A DNA stretch of 63,997 bases, filler included, from Perkinsus olseni (lineage: Eukaryota), in NCBI GenBank assembly GCA_013115125.1. It is 10 parts of 10 records of this genome, joined end to end, with 100 filler letters (N's around TTAATTAATTAA, not from the genome) between each part and the next. Parts side by side here need not be neighbours in the genome. Positions count along the whole stretch, not along the records: positions 57,785 to 63,997 come from JABANN010001114.1; 9 more parts are not named here. One strand, 5' to 3'. Positions within the stretch are counted from its first letter, which is position 1, and the number at the start of each line of letters is the position of its first letter. The notes beneath the pieces are model-generated. The model was given only the letters and a program-made list of their open reading frames with translations. It did no database searches and was not told the origin of the DNA. A program made the position numbers and the translations under genes. Shown here piece by piece: positions 62,875 through 63,997 of the stretch.

Positions 62875-62910
62875 AAAAATGCCGCCGCCCGGAATCGAAC
62901 CTGGGCCTCA
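62875..62910 (-). pseudogene. tRNA 3'-half-like fragment (T arm, acceptor strand, Pol III terminator)
   Basis: Minus strand GGCCCAGGTTCGATTCCGGGCGGCGGCA-TTTTT. No canonical 5' half upstream. Confidence 0.45.
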
Positions 62911-63997
62911 CCACATATCAGGATGCCCGTCAGACATCTCCAAACGAATCCTCGAACAACTTCCCTCCAGCCTGGGGAGCTGAAAGAACGACAGCCGCCG
63001 TGAGACTCCAAATCACGGAAGAAGGCGAAAACCAGGAAAAAATTATTTTTTCAACATCCGACTGAAAAGATAGAAGCGTCTCGGACGTCGTGAAAAACGT
63101 CGCAGTACAAAATTGTCCCGCTTGCTCAACTTAGTCCAGGAATATGATGAAAATCTAGGTTCATCGGGAGCAAGAAGGCTGGGTTAAAGCCACGCTACGA
63201 CCTTAGATATTCTGTTAAAGCTGCATCCGATAGGCCCCTGAGCATCCTCCACGCTGCTATCACGATATCTATATCCTTCGGCTGCACAGCAATGCCTCGC
63301 TTCCTTCTCCTCGAGGACTGTGTGCCAGCTCTAAGAACAACATTTCTTGACAGAGGTGAAACAAGGGCTTCTCTCGACTGGTTGACGACAGAGGTGAGCA
63401 AAAACGGAGGTTCTCTCGGTACAACAGAATGCCCGACGAGCCACTAACAAACGCTAGTCGCCATCAACCGTTAAGAATTGACAGGCTATGCACTTCGAAA
63501 TATCACAATTCCGTGATATAATTTGCCAATGAGAACCAGTGTGTATCACAAGTAATGATAGAGGAAAATTACACAAGTGATGAATGACCGATCAACCATC
63601 ACCCATTGTGGTCAAATCCTCAGCGAACGAGCCACCCCCGCTCGAAGATCCCCATTTCCAACCTGATATCGTATCACCTCTCCCGTGGAAGTTTGTATCC
63701 TAAAGCTGTCCGCGTGACAATTTCCATGCCAAAATATGATAATTTGCGTAACCTGCACCGGTCTTCGATCGGGATCTCGGGACGACAGATCTAACTCGAC
63801 CCACGCGCCTGAAAGAATAACAGACAAGGAATCTTTCACCCAACAATAAGTTTACCCAAGAACGATCCATAGTTTATGAATCTTTCTAGCGCGTCTTTGA
63901 CCAGCTCGACCTCAAGATACGACTCCGACCCTATACTCTTCCTCCGAACGAAAAACCCAAATCATCCACTCCCGCCCCTACGCGCTTGGACAGTCCA

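Overview
This is eukaryotic, not prokaryotic, DNA, and it is not one locus. It consists of ten unrelated contigs of about 6.2-6.4 kb, ordered by decreasing size and joined by an artificial 100-bp linker (44 N + TTAATTAATTAA + 44 N), so adjacency across a linker means nothing. Very short GT-AG introns, compact gene spacing and the secreted-protein families suggest a Perkinsus-like alveolate parasite (inference). Manual splicing supports these genes: SART1/Snu66, exosome RRP42, a cytochrome-b5 protein carrying CX2CX2CX3C and CaaX motifs, archease, two disrupted PHB-depolymerase/LpqC-like esterases, a BAR-domain protein, three tandem 12-Cys secreted paralogues, a polypeptide GalNAc-transferase, a GT31 glycosyltransferase and a purple acid phosphatase. 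Contig 2 is a dead Ty3/Gypsy retrotransposon with a clear -1 frameshift signal, PPT and 3' LTR. Many contigs end in DNA-transposon termini inserted into genes, and one terminus is shared by two contigs. I found no CRISPR array, rRNA or complete tRNA. I also found no convincing multi-gene novel system; the best single-gene candidates are the putative Fe-S/heme/prenylated protein and the Cys-rich secreted array.
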